Shown piece by piece: positions 55,508 through 64,000 of a DNA stretch of 64,000 bases; within the stretch, counting starts at the first letter, position 1; each line of letters opens with the position of its first letter. Made by a program: the position numbers and the translations under genes. Source of the DNA: Patescibacteria group bacterium (GTDB lineage Bacteria; Patescibacteriota; Minisyncoccia; Phycocordibacterales; Phycocordibacteraceae); assembly GCA_018826905.1 (NCBI GenBank), contig JAHJYC010000004.1, positions 207,988 to 271,987 on the forward strand, given 5' to 3'. The notes beneath the pieces are model-generated. The model worked only from the letters and a program-made list of their open reading frames with translations, did no database searches and was not told where the DNA came from.

Positions 55508-55888
55508 ATGATCGCTCATCTCACCATCCATGTTAATGATATAGAAGCAAGCAAGACCTTTTATACAAAAGCACTTGCGCCCCTCGGATATGAACTCTTA
55601 AATGAATACCCTGAGTGGAAGCTTGCGAGCTTTGGAAAGAATGGGAATGCTGAGATCTGGCTCTATGGCGCTGAGGGAGCAAAGCAAGAAGGACATATCG
55701 CTTTTGTAGCTGAGAGCAAAGAGCAGGTAGAACAATTTTATTCAGAGGGACTCACCGCAGGAGGAACTGACAATGGTGCGCCTGGCTATCGTAAGAATTA
55801 CGCACCTGGCTACTACGCTTCATTCGTTTATGACCCAAGCAAAAACAACATAGAGGCAGTCTTCATGGACCCAGAGCCATCTGAGTAG
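55508..55888 (+). CDS. VOC/glyoxalase family protein
   Basis: HLTI.V.D...S..FY, HIAF, GG.DNG.PG.R and DP..NNIEAV. Confidence 0.9.
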   Translation: MIAHLTIHVNDIEASKTFYTKALAPLGYELLNEYPEWKLASFGKNGNAEIWLYGAEGAKQEGHIAFVAESKEQVEQFYSEGLTAGGTDNGAPGYRKNYAPGYYASFVYDPSKNNIEAVFMDPEPSE

Positions 55889-55978
55889 ATAGAAGCCACG
55901 CACAGAACCAGACTCCTCGTGAAGCATTAACTTTCTTAAATTCGTATTTGTTTTAAATCCCTGGTATATACAAGGGAC

Positions 55979-56833
55979 ATGTCTAAGCACTTTAAAATTG
56001 TCCTCTTTTCAGTACTCGCGCTCTTTGCTGCGATAGGACTCCTTTTCTCCGCAGTGTTTGTTGCCATGCAGTTTGGACTATTAAATGTGCGTGGATCAGC
56101 TCTTGAACGAAACTCATTCTTTACGGACGGCACTCCTGCAGAAACAAAGATTGCCTCAACTCCGTGTACCGTTGAGGAACGAAAAGTGTGTCCCTGGAAC
56201 GAGACCCCTGAATGGGAAGTGGTAGCAGGAGGACTTCAGAAGGATGCTGCAATAATCGCACGAGTAGAAAAAGAAACAGGGGTTTCAGGGAGACTTATCG
56301 CTGCTGTAGTTATTCCTGAGCAAATACGATTCTTTACCTCAGAACGTGAGGTTTTTAAAAGATACTTTGAGCCACTCAAAATACTTGGCTCTCTTTCGCA
56401 ATTCTCTCTTGGAGTGTCTGGGATAAAACAAGAAACCGCAAAGAAGGTAGAAGAGTATGCACAGGATCCTTCCTCTCCTTTTTATCCGGGACCTGAAGCA
56501 GCGGTGCTTCTTTCCTATCCAGAGGGCGTAGACAAAAATAGCGAACTCTTCCGTAGACTCACGGACGACAAAGATCATTATTACTCGTATCTATACACCG
56601 CTCTTTATCTAAAAGAGATTCAAGCACAGTGGCGAAACGCAGGATTCCCCATTAACGAAAACCCGGAAGCACTCGTAACACTATTTAATATTGGATTTAC
56701 TAATTCGCGTCCAAATCCCTCTCCACAGCCTGGAGGAGCTCCTATTACAGTTGGCGGAACGACGTACGCATTCGGAACACTCGGTGCAGAATTCTATCGC
56801 TCTTCTCTCCTTACAGAGTTCTTCCCTAGATAG
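55979..56833 (+). CDS. Membrane-anchored hypothetical protein, possibly lysozyme-like fold
   Basis: N-terminal TM; LIAAVVIPEQ, SLGVSGIK..TA and LFNIG resemble lytic transglycosylase motifs I-III. Confidence 0.6.
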   Translation: MSKHFKIVLFSVLALFAAIGLLFSAVFVAMQFGLLNVRGSALERNSFFTDGTPAETKIASTPCTVEERKVCPWNETPEWEVVAGGLQKDAAIIARVEKETGVSGRLIAAVVIPEQIRFFTSEREVFKRYFEPLKILGSLSQFSLGVSGIKQETAKKVEEYAQDPSSPFYPGPEAAVLLSYPEGVDKNSELFRRLTDDKDHYYSYLYTALYLKEIQAQWRNAGFPINENPEALVTLFNIGFTNSRPNPSPQPGGAPITVGGTTYAFGTLGAEFYRSSLLTEFFPR

Positions 56834-56878
56834 GTCCTTCACACACCTCTCATGCATAAGCGCGTACCATTCGCGCAT

Positions 56879-57028
56879 ATGGATATAAGCATAGAGGCAC
56901 TTCTCGCTCGTAAACCGAAGGAAACGAATCTTTTACCAAAGCAATTGTGGTTTCTTCGTGCTCCCTTACGCGTACATAGAGAGCCGCGCGAACAATGGGT
57001 ATCACTTCCTCCACTGGTCCTTAGATAA
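56879..57028 (+). CDS. Putative 49-aa small protein
   Basis: Manual translation MDISIEALLARKPKETNLLPKQLWFLRAPLRVHREPREQWVSLPPLVLR*; TACCAT lies 8 nt upstream. Confidence 0.4.
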   Translation: MDISIEALLARKPKETNLLPKQLWFLRAPLRVHREPREQWVSLPPLVLR

Positions 57029-57074
57029 GTAGTACACTACTGGAAGCCTATGAGGCCTAACACTCACACTACCT

Positions 57075-57554
57075 ATGGATAAAAAAACTACCTGGATTGT
57101 TCTTGCTTTAATTCTTGTTGCTCTCGTTGGAGGCTACATGCTATTTGCTAAGCAAGCAGCAGCTCCAACCACTGGTACTCCAGTTTCTGAAGAACTTCCC
57201 CCAGCCGGAGTTGGTGTGCCAACGGAGTCTGAATCAGCAACCATTGTCACCTATACAGACGAAGGATTTTCACCGGAAACAGTCTCCATCTCTATTGGAG
57301 AGACCGTACGCTTTACGAATGCGAGCTCTGGCGGTATGTGGGTAGGGTCAGACGACCATCCAACACATACCAATTATGATGGTACTTCCACACGCGAGCA
57401 CTGCGCTGATGGAGAGACAACAGGAGGCACATTTGATGCGTGCCGCGCATACGCAAATGGCGAGAGTTATGACTTCACTTTCACCAAGGCAGGCACCTTT
57501 GAATACCACAACCATGTTGGTGCTTCAAAGGGAGGTACGGTGATTGTTCGCTAG
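57075..57554 (+). CDS. Plastocyanin/cupredoxin-fold membrane-anchored protein
   Basis: FSP..V.I..GETV.F.N, HPTH and F.F.K.G.F.YHNH. Confidence 0.8.
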   Translation: MDKKTTWIVLALILVALVGGYMLFAKQAAAPTTGTPVSEELPPAGVGVPTESESATIVTYTDEGFSPETVSISIGETVRFTNASSGGMWVGSDDHPTHTNYDGTSTREHCADGETTGGTFDACRAYANGESYDFTFTKAGTFEYHNHVGASKGGTVIVR

Positions 57555-57555
57555 C

Positions 57556-57924
57556 ATGCTGAATCCTCTTTCTCTCTCGCCCAGCGAGCTTCTCCTTCGC
57601 CTTGCTGTTGTATTCTCTTTCCTCTATCCACCCTTCTCAGCCCTCTCTGACCCTTATTCATGGCTTGGGTACCTTCCCGTGTGGGCTGCAGCAGTCCTTG
57701 GGACGCATGCACTGCTTGCGCTCCATGTCTTTGGGATACTTGAGGTGCTGCTTGCGCTCTGGATACTCTTTGCAAAAGACATCCGTATTCCTGCGTATGG
57801 ATCAGCCATCATGCTTCTTCTCATTGTCTTCCTCAACATGCCTCAGTTCCCTATTCTCTTTAGAGATGTCTCTATAGCGCTCGCAGCGCTCGCGCTTGCT
57901 CATCTTCCCCATGCAAGAAGTTAA
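57556..57924 (+). CDS. DoxX-like membrane protein
   Basis: LLRLA, G.LE...LW and RD in a 4-TM protein. Confidence 0.65.
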   Translation: MLNPLSLSPSELLLRLAVVFSFLYPPFSALSDPYSWLGYLPVWAAAVLGTHALLALHVFGILEVLLALWILFAKDIRIPAYGSAIMLLLIVFLNMPQFPILFRDVSIALAALALAHLPHARS

Positions 57925-58348
57925 AGCACGATGCGCTGGAGGTATTGTCCTTGGAGATGGCGGAACTATCGCACTCGTGCGAAACAGGAAGGAAACATTA
58001 TGGTTTTTCCCTAAGGGCCATGTTGACCTGGGAGAATCAGACGAAGAAGCCGCACGCAGAGAAATAGCAGAGGAAACTGGCCTTACCGACTTGGAATATA
58101 TAGACGACCTCGGCTCATATGAACGCCCACGAATACAAAAAGATGGTTCAGACCATCACGAGATTAAAAGCATTCATATGTATCTATTTGCAGCTCCTCC
58201 ACACTCAGAAGTACGAGGAGGTATGGAGATTGCAGAGGCGCAATTTGTCTCTTTTAAGCACGTACTAGAATCCCTAGAACACGCAAAAGACAGAGCGTGG
58301 TTTATAACAGTCTTTGAACGAGTTCGTCAGGCTATACAGCGAGACTAG
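57911..58348 (+). CDS. NUDIX hydrolase
   Basis: PKGHVDLGESDEEAARREIAEETGL (NUDIX box). Confidence 0.92.
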   Translation: MQEVKARCAGGIVLGDGGTIALVRNRKETLWFFPKGHVDLGESDEEAARREIAEETGLTDLEYIDDLGSYERPRIQKDGSDHHEIKSIHMYLFAAPPHSEVRGGMEIAEAQFVSFKHVLESLEHAKDRAWFITVFERVRQAIQRD

Positions 58349-59487
58349 CGAATTGCCTTTGCAATTGTTGGCACTACTCGCTTATCAAACATATCGGGCA
58401 CGATCTTTGTTGCTGTTGGCTTCTCAACAAGTACTGCGAGCGCGCGGGCAGCCTTTAGCTTCATAGGCTCCGTTATCCGACGCACTCCACGATCCAAGGC
58501 TCCACGGAATACTCCCGGGAACACAAGTGCGTTATTAATCTGATTAGGGAAATCAGATCGTCCCGTTGCAATAACAAAGGCACCTGCTTCTTTCGCCTCG
58601 TCCGGCATAATCTCAGGAACAGGGTTTGCCATAGCAAAGACAATTGAACGAGGAGCCATGCTCCTTACATGATCTTTATGCAACAGCCCTTTCCCTGAAA
58701 GACCTATAAATACATCGGCATCCTGCATTACGTCCTCAAGGTCCCCTTCTCGTTTATGTGTATTTATAAGAGCGAGTTCTTTTTTGTGTGGAGGGAGGTC
58801 CGTACGCCCCAAATGAATGGCGCCCTTACGATCTAGCGCAACAATGTCTACAATGCCGGCAGCAGCAAGCAACATCGCTACTCCGTGTCCTGCCGCACCA
58901 GCTCCTGAGACTACTATTCGCAAAGATTTGAGCGGCTTTTTAACAACCTTCGCTGCATTAATGAGCCCGGCAAGCACAACAATAGCGGTGCCGTGCTGGT
59001 CGTCATGCATAACAGGAATAGGGAGCGCATCATTAATCCTGCGTTCAATTTCAAAACACTGTGGAGACGCAATATCTTCCAAGTTAATACCTCCCCACCC
59101 TGGAGCTATGGCGAGTACGGTACGCACAATCTCATCTGGGTCTTGGGTATTTAAAACAATTGGCCATGCATCAATACCTGCGAACTCTTTAAAGATGAGT
59201 GCCTTGCCTTCCATAACAGGAAGTGCGCCATAGGGACCAATATTGCCGAGCCCTAAGACAGCTGATCCGTCTGAAATAACTGCGACGCTGTTTTTCTTCA
59301 CTGAGTAGCTTGAAGTCTCTTCAGGGTGTGCAGCAAGATGTTCTGAAGCAACACCAACACCCGGTGTGTAATACAGGGAAAGATCTTCAAGCTTCTTCAG
59401 CTTTACGCGAGATTTCGTCTCAATACGCGCACCAGTCTCTTTAAAGGCAGCGAGTATCTGCTTTGGTGTTCTCTTCCCCTTCTTCAT
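58345..59487 (-). CDS. NAD(P)-dependent malic enzyme
   Basis: YTPGV, DGSAVLGLGNIG, INLEDI, HDDQHGTA, GAGAAG, ANPVPEI and NQINN. Confidence 0.93.
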   Translation of the reverse strand: MKKGKRTPKQILAAFKETGARIETKSRVKLKKLEDLSLYYTPGVGVASEHLAAHPEETSSYSVKKNSVAVISDGSAVLGLGNIGPYGALPVMEGKALIFKEFAGIDAWPIVLNTQDPDEIVRTVLAIAPGWGGINLEDIASPQCFEIERRINDALPIPVMHDDQHGTAIVVLAGLINAAKVVKKPLKSLRIVVSGAGAAGHGVAMLLAAAGIVDIVALDRKGAIHLGRTDLPPHKKELALINTHKREGDLEDVMQDADVFIGLSGKGLLHKDHVRSMAPRSIVFAMANPVPEIMPDEAKEAGAFVIATGRSDFPNQINNALVFPGVFRGALDRGVRRITEPMKLKAARALAVLVEKPTATKIVPDMFDKRVVPTIAKAIR

Positions 59488-59489
59488 AC

Positions 59490-59867
59490 CTACTTTTTCT
59501 TAGGGTGCACAAATACCTTTACTGGACACGTCGCAACTCCCCCGTCTTTTGTTATGAAGGTAAGAGGAAAGATGTGCTTTCCTACAACTCCAATAGCAAC
59601 GCGTTGTTTTCCACGAGTTGGCCACTCAGCTGTTGCCGTTGAAAGACCCTTCATGGTCTCAGCTCCCTTACTTTTCCAGGTGATGATCACTGCATCTCCT
59701 GAAGTGATGACGCGCTTTGAGGCACGTGCATAACAAGTCGGAGGCTTTGGAACAATAGTAATATTGGTAACTTCAAATGAAAGTGTTTCAGCAGCCTGTA
59801 CTGGGGCAGCAGAGAACACACCTGAAGCAAGAACGGCAATGGCAAGAAGAAATGGAAGCTTTTTCAT
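59490..59867 (-). CDS. Secreted hypothetical protein (single Ig-like domain)
   Basis: Signal peptide, then PTC...I..G....ITW.S...C. Confidence 0.6.
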   Translation of the reverse strand: MKKLPFLLAIAVLASGVFSAAPVQAAETLSFEVTNITIVPKPPTCYARASKRVITSGDAVIITWKSKGAETMKGLSTATAEWPTRGKQRVAIGVVGKHIFPLTFITKDGGVATCPVKVFVHPKKK

Positions 59868-59921
59868 ACCTCTATAAGACCATGGTGCTCCTAAAAATGC
59901 TACCGGGTATACTTGTAAGAC

Positions 59922-62090
59922 ATGAAGCCAGACGCTCCTCTTACTGAACTGTTCCCTCGCTTGAAGCCCGAACAGAAGAAGGCACTTCAAAAACTCGGTA
60001 TTACTACTATCCGGGACCTCCTCTTTCATTTCCCAGCTCGCTACGAAAACGTGGGACCAACTGGCACCATAGCTGGTGCCAATACCGGCTCAGAGGTAAC
60101 GCTGTACGGAACTATACGAAAACCAGAGGCGAAGAAAGCATGGAAGACAAGGCGCCCAATGGGTGAAGCGTGGCTTGAGGACGCGTCCGGACGAATCAAA
60201 TTACGTTGGTTCTCACAACCCTATATTGCGAAGTCTCTTACAGACGGCATGCATGTAAAAGCAAGCGGAAAGATAACGGGAATAGGAGACAAGCTGTATC
60301 TAGCAAACCCTGAGATTGATCGCTCACCAGTAAATCCTGAAGACGTACACGAAACACTCTTTCAGCACGCGAATCAACCGGAACAAGAATCCCTTCATGG
60401 CATTTATCCAGAATCTAAGGGAGTGTCGTCTTTATGGTTCTTACATGCCGTAAAGCGCGCCTTTGAGGCAGGAATCCATGAACAGATTCCTGACCCAATT
60501 CCGCAAGAACTTCTTGAGCGATACAACCTTCCCACCCTCAGTACTGCATTCATCTGGATACATGCTCCGCGCAAACTGCCAGACGCGCAGGCGGCAAGAA
60601 AACGCTTTGCGTTTGAAGAGGTGCTTGCGATTCAACTCACCACACAAAAAAGGAAGCTGGACGCCACAAAGGAAGAGGCACTTCCAGTTACAGTAGACCG
60701 GTCTTCACTCAAAGGGTTCATGGACTCGTTCCCCTTTCCTCCAACAAAGGCACAAGAAACTTCTATTGAGAGCATTGTGTCAGATTTTGAGCGCGCACAC
60801 CCTATGCGTCGCCTGCTTGAAGGAGACGTGGGAAGCGGAAAGACCGCAGTGGCTGCAGCCACTGCATATATGGTTGCAACAAGCAGGCCTCCGGGACGGG
60901 TAGCAGGAGCACTCCAAGTCGCCTACATGTGCCCTACAGAGATCCTTGCTAAACAGCACTTCTCTACCTTTGTTTCCTATTTCAAAGACCATCCAATTCC
61001 CATTGGACTCATAACTGGAAGCGAGTGCAGGAAGTTTCCCTCTAAAGTGAGGTACGAAGAGTCTGCAAAAGTGTCCCGAGCACAGTTTTCAAAATGGGTA
61101 GCAAACGGCGAGATTCCTATTGTTATAGGAACGCATGCACTCGTATATAAATCTCTCGCTTTTCAGAATCTGGCATACGCCATCATTGATGAACAGCATC
61201 GCTTTGGAAAAGCACATCGCCAGAAACTTACAAAGAAAGACGGGCAACTCTCCCCACATCTTTTGTCCATGACTGCCACTCCTATTCCCCGCACCCTCGC
61301 CCTCTCTATTTATGGGGATCTTGATCTTTCTCTCCTAGACCAAATGCCTCTTGGCAGGAAGCCAGTTATTACGGAAATTGTGGGACCAGAGAAAAGAGAA
61401 GAAGCATATGCACGAGTTCGTTCCGAACTTGCCCTTGGGCATCAAGCGTATGTTATCTGCCCTCGCATTAATGAACCTGACCCCAATAAGGAAATGGCTG
61501 TCCAGGCAAAATCTGTGAAAGCAGAAGCGGCACGTCTGCAAGACACGGTTTTCCCAGAGACCTCTATAGATATCTTGCACAGCAAGATGACACCGAAAGA
61601 AAAAGAAGATGTTATGAAGCGGTTTGAGGACAGGAAGATAGATATTCTCGTTGCAACTTCAGTTGTTGAAGTAGGAGTGAACGTACCGAATGCCACCGTT
61701 ATTCTCATTGAGGGAGCAGAGCGCTTTGGGCTCGCGCAGCTTCATCAGCTCCGTGGACGCGTTATTCGCTCAAGCAACCAAGCGTACTGCTTCGTCCTTC
61801 CTGAGTCCTACGGACCAACAACAAAAGAACGCCTGAAGGCACTCACCACGGCAAAGAATGGTTTTGAACTTGCTGAGTATGATCTCGCACTCAGAGGAGC
61901 TGGAGAGCTGTATGGTGCGCGCCAGTGGGGAGTCTCAGATATTGCTATGGAGGCACTGAAGAACATAAAGATGGTTGAGGCTGCAAGAACAGAAGCTGCA
62001 GCACTCATTGGCAAGGATCCAGAGTTAAAGAAATATCCTCTCCTAAAAGCCATTGCTAAGGAAGTTGATGAGGAGGTGCATCCTGAGTAG
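59922..62090 (+). CDS. recG: ATP-dependent DNA helicase RecG
   Basis: GDVGSGKT, PTEILA.QH, DEQHRFG, MTATPIPRTL and QLHQLRGRV.R. Confidence 0.96.
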   Translation: MKPDAPLTELFPRLKPEQKKALQKLGITTIRDLLFHFPARYENVGPTGTIAGANTGSEVTLYGTIRKPEAKKAWKTRRPMGEAWLEDASGRIKLRWFSQPYIAKSLTDGMHVKASGKITGIGDKLYLANPEIDRSPVNPEDVHETLFQHANQPEQESLHGIYPESKGVSSLWFLHAVKRAFEAGIHEQIPDPIPQELLERYNLPTLSTAFIWIHAPRKLPDAQAARKRFAFEEVLAIQLTTQKRKLDATKEEALPVTVDRSSLKGFMDSFPFPPTKAQETSIESIVSDFERAHPMRRLLEGDVGSGKTAVAAATAYMVATSRPPGRVAGALQVAYMCPTEILAKQHFSTFVSYFKDHPIPIGLITGSECRKFPSKVRYEESAKVSRAQFSKWVANGEIPIVIGTHALVYKSLAFQNLAYAIIDEQHRFGKAHRQKLTKKDGQLSPHLLSMTATPIPRTLALSIYGDLDLSLLDQMPLGRKPVITEIVGPEKREEAYARVRSELALGHQAYVICPRINEPDPNKEMAVQAKSVKAEAARLQDTVFPETSIDILHSKMTPKEKEDVMKRFEDRKIDILVATSVVEVGVNVPNATVILIEGAERFGLAQLHQLRGRVIRSSNQAYCFVLPESYGPTTKERLKALTTAKNGFELAEYDLALRGAGELYGARQWGVSDIAMEALKNIKMVEAARTEAAALIGKDPELKKYPLLKAIAKEVDEEVHPE

Positions 62091-62114
62091 GTCTGCGCTA
62101 CAGTATTCCAGTAG

Positions 62115-62188
62115 CCACCCTTAGCTCAGTTGGTTAGAGCACGGAGCTTATACCTCCGCGGTCCTTGGTTCGAGTCCAAGAGGGTGGA
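62115..62188 (+). tRNA. tRNA-Ile(TAT)
   Basis: CCACCCT-TAGCTCAGTTGGTTAGAGC-A-CGGAG-CTTATAC-CTCCG-CGGTC-CTTGGTTCGAGTCCAAG-AGGGTGG-A, with C4-G69 and A73. Confidence 0.92.
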
Positions 62189-62238
62189 CAAATAACAAAC
62201 TATCTATAGAGTGCGAGAGGACAAACACGGAGGAAATC

Positions 62239-62553
62239 ATGTCCGAAACAACCCACCTCAGCAGGTTTTGGGGGGCGATCTGGAAATCCTTTCTGTTCCC
62301 CTATCGGATGTTGCGGTATCTGAAGAAGGAACAGGAGAATTTCAGCACCTGGTATTTCTGGGAATGGATCTGCGCCAGCATTCTCTTTCTGTTCGGCAGC
62401 AGTACGCTGCTCGGCCTGGTGCAGTGGCAGCGACACGACGAGCTCAGTGTCCTCTTCGGGACCCTGATCGCCTATCTCATCTTCGTCGCCCTGAACCTGA
62501 TCGGCTACGGCCTGAAGACTGTCGCTGAGATGGGCCCAGGCACGTACGACTAA
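62239..62553 (+). CDS. Small 2-TM hypothetical protein with GC-rich codons
   Basis: GGAGG Shine-Dalgarno 5 nt upstream; followed by a hairpin. Confidence 0.65.
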   Translation: MSETTHLSRFWGAIWKSFLFPYRMLRYLKKEQENFSTWYFWEWICASILFLFGSSTLLGLVQWQRHDELSVLFGTLIAYLIFVALNLIGYGLKTVAEMGPGTYD

Positions 62554-62575
62554 ACGACCCTTTCAGGTCGTTTTT
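62552..62575. terminator. Terminator hairpin
   Basis: AAACGACC-CTTTCA-GGTCGTTTTT between convergent genes. Confidence 0.65.
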
Positions 62576-62578
62576 CTT

Positions 62579-64000
62579 TTATATGCTTTCCTCTTCTTCC
62601 TCTTTTGATTTTGGTGTTATGCCATTCGCGATAAGAATCTTTTCAAACTCCTCTCGCTCCAGTGTCTCAACTTCAACTAGGCGAAGAGCGATAGCGTCTA
62701 ACGCCTTGCGGTGCTCCGTGAGAACTGCGCGTGCGCGCTCCTTCGCTTCGTCAATAATACGCGCTACTTCTGCGTCAATCTTTGCGGCAATATCTTGAGA
62801 GTATCCACCCTCTCCGTTTGCGCGATCTGCATCATACGCAACGGGGCCAAGCACATCAGACATGCCATACCGCGAAACCATGTTACGTGCGAGGTTTGCA
62901 ATAACAGAGAGATCGTTAGAAGGGCCAGTAGTGATGTCTCCGTACACCATCTCTTCAGCCACATACCCTCCAAGGGTGCCTGCTATATCGTCTAGGAAAC
63001 TCTTTCGTGAGTGCATCTTCTTGTCATCAAACGGAAGCTTCAGGGTGTATCCGGCAGCGCGCCCGCGACTAATGATAGAAATCTTGTGAATTGGGTCTGC
63101 ATGCTCAAGCACTGAACCAACAAGCGCATGCCCTGCCTCGTGATATGCCGTAAGCTTCTTCTCTTTCTTTCCGAGCAAATGTGACTTTCGTTCTGGACCA
63201 AGCATTACCTTCTCAATAGAACGAATAAGGTCGTACTGTGTAATCTCTTTACGATCTTCCCGGGCAGCAAGAATCGCTCCTTCGTTCATAAGTGAGTACA
63301 ACTCTGCTCCTGAGAATCCTGGGGTGCGCTCTGCGATAACTTCAAAATCAACGTCAGGACCAAATGGCTTCTTGCGCGCGTGCACGGCAAGAATTTCCAA
63401 ACGGTCTTTCCTATCAGGAAGATCAATAATTACACGTCGGTCAAAACGTCCCGGACGTAGAAGTGCGGGGTCAAGTACATCAGGACGGTTCGTTGCGGCC
63501 ATAATGATTACCTTCTCAGTTGGGTCAAACCCATCCATCTCAACAAGAATCTGGTTGAGTGTTTGTTCGCGCTCATCATTTCCTCCTCCAACACCAGATC
63601 CACGCACGCGTCCCACTGCGTCAATCTCGTCCACGAAGATTATGGAAGGCGCGGTGCGCTTAGCCATCTGGAAGAGATCGCGGACACGAGATGCACCAAC
63701 TCCAACAAACATCTCCACGAACTCAGATCCTGAGATAGAGAAGAATGGCACTCCTGCTTCTCCCGCAACAGCCCTTGCAAGGAGTGTCTTTCCTGTACCC
63801 GGCGCTCCCATAAGAAGGATTCCCTTTGGAATACGAGCTCCGATGTCTAGGAACTTCTTCGGATTCTTTAGGAAGTCTACGATTTCAAGCAGTTCTTCCT
63901 TTGCCTCTTTAGCTCCTGCAACGTCAGCAAAAGTAACACGCTGATTTGTATCTGCTGGATCAATCATTCGTGCCTTTGATTGGCCGAATGAAAACGCCTG
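62579..64000 (-). CDS. ftsH: ATP-dependent zinc metalloprotease FtsH (5' part beyond the window)
   Basis: [29 protein letters not shown] and HEAGH. Confidence 0.97.
   Translation of the reverse strand, partial: QAFSFGQSKARMIDPADTNQRVTFADVAGAKEAKEELLEIVDFLKNPKKFLDIGARIPKGILLMGAPGTGKTLLARAVAGEAGVPFFSISGSEFVEMFVGVGASRVRDLFQMAKRTAPSIIFVDEIDAVGRVRGSGVGGGNDEREQTLNQILVEMDGFDPTEKVIIMAATNRPDVLDPALLRPGRFDRRVIIDLPDRKDRLEILAVHARKKPFGPDVDFEVIAERTPGFSGAELYSLMNEGAILAAREDRKEITQYDLIRSIEKVMLGPERKSHLLGKKEKKLTAYHEAGHALVGSVLEHADPIHKISIISRGRAAGYTLKLPFDDKKMHSRKSFLDDIAGTLGGYVAEEMVYGDITTGPSNDLSVIANLARNMVSRYGMSDVLGPVAYDADRANGEGGYSQDIAAKIDAEVARIIDEAKERARAVLTEHRKALDAIALRLVEVETLEREEFEKILIANGITPKSKEEEEESI

Noticed and set aside
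63324-63944. 206-aa plus-strand ORF
   Set aside because: Antisense shadow of the conserved FtsH AAA domain.
1-64000. Alternative genetic code (UGA=Gly), prophage, IS elements, DGR or retron
   Set aside because: TGA ends many conserved genes at the expected length, and no transposase, integrase, reverse transcriptase or phage structural gene was recognised.

Overview
This is a gene-dense bacterial chromosome segment in genetic code 11 (TGA is a stop, with many ATGA overlaps). The gene content points, by inference, to a Patescibacteria/CPR (Parcubacteria-like) genome: a type IV pilus cluster with no secretin, a bifunctional PGI/PMI, a shortened RF2, tRNA-Ile(UAU) and many apparently leaderless genes. 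Housekeeping genes are ftsE, prfB, glmS, gatCA, ligA, recG, ftsH and 7 tRNAs. The accessory regions, left to right, are: a GH63-PGI/PMI-ROK sugar salvage operon; a small cassette array at the 3' end of tRNA-Asp, delimited by repeated hairpin + GTGGACGYTGTTGGAAC scars; a cell-surface locus with an ECF sigma/anti-sigma pair and back-to-back TGTAAC-N17-GTCYTA promoters; a divergon of nirK-arsR against nrdJ-btuM-like-DUF4430-alpha-barrel (NO production beside B12 capture and a B12-dependent RNR); a CsoR-copA copper island beside an atypical initiator tRNA; and the pil cluster with two pilins sharing an identical 111 bp. The strongest candidates for undescribed biology are (1) a G/P-[EQ]-VLGA motif shared by four otherwise different surface proteins, possibly a processing or sorting signal, (2) the transcobalamin-like B12 module tied to nrdJ and nirK, and (3) the tRNA-linked gene-accretion scars. 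All product calls come from motif recognition by eye; no database search was run.
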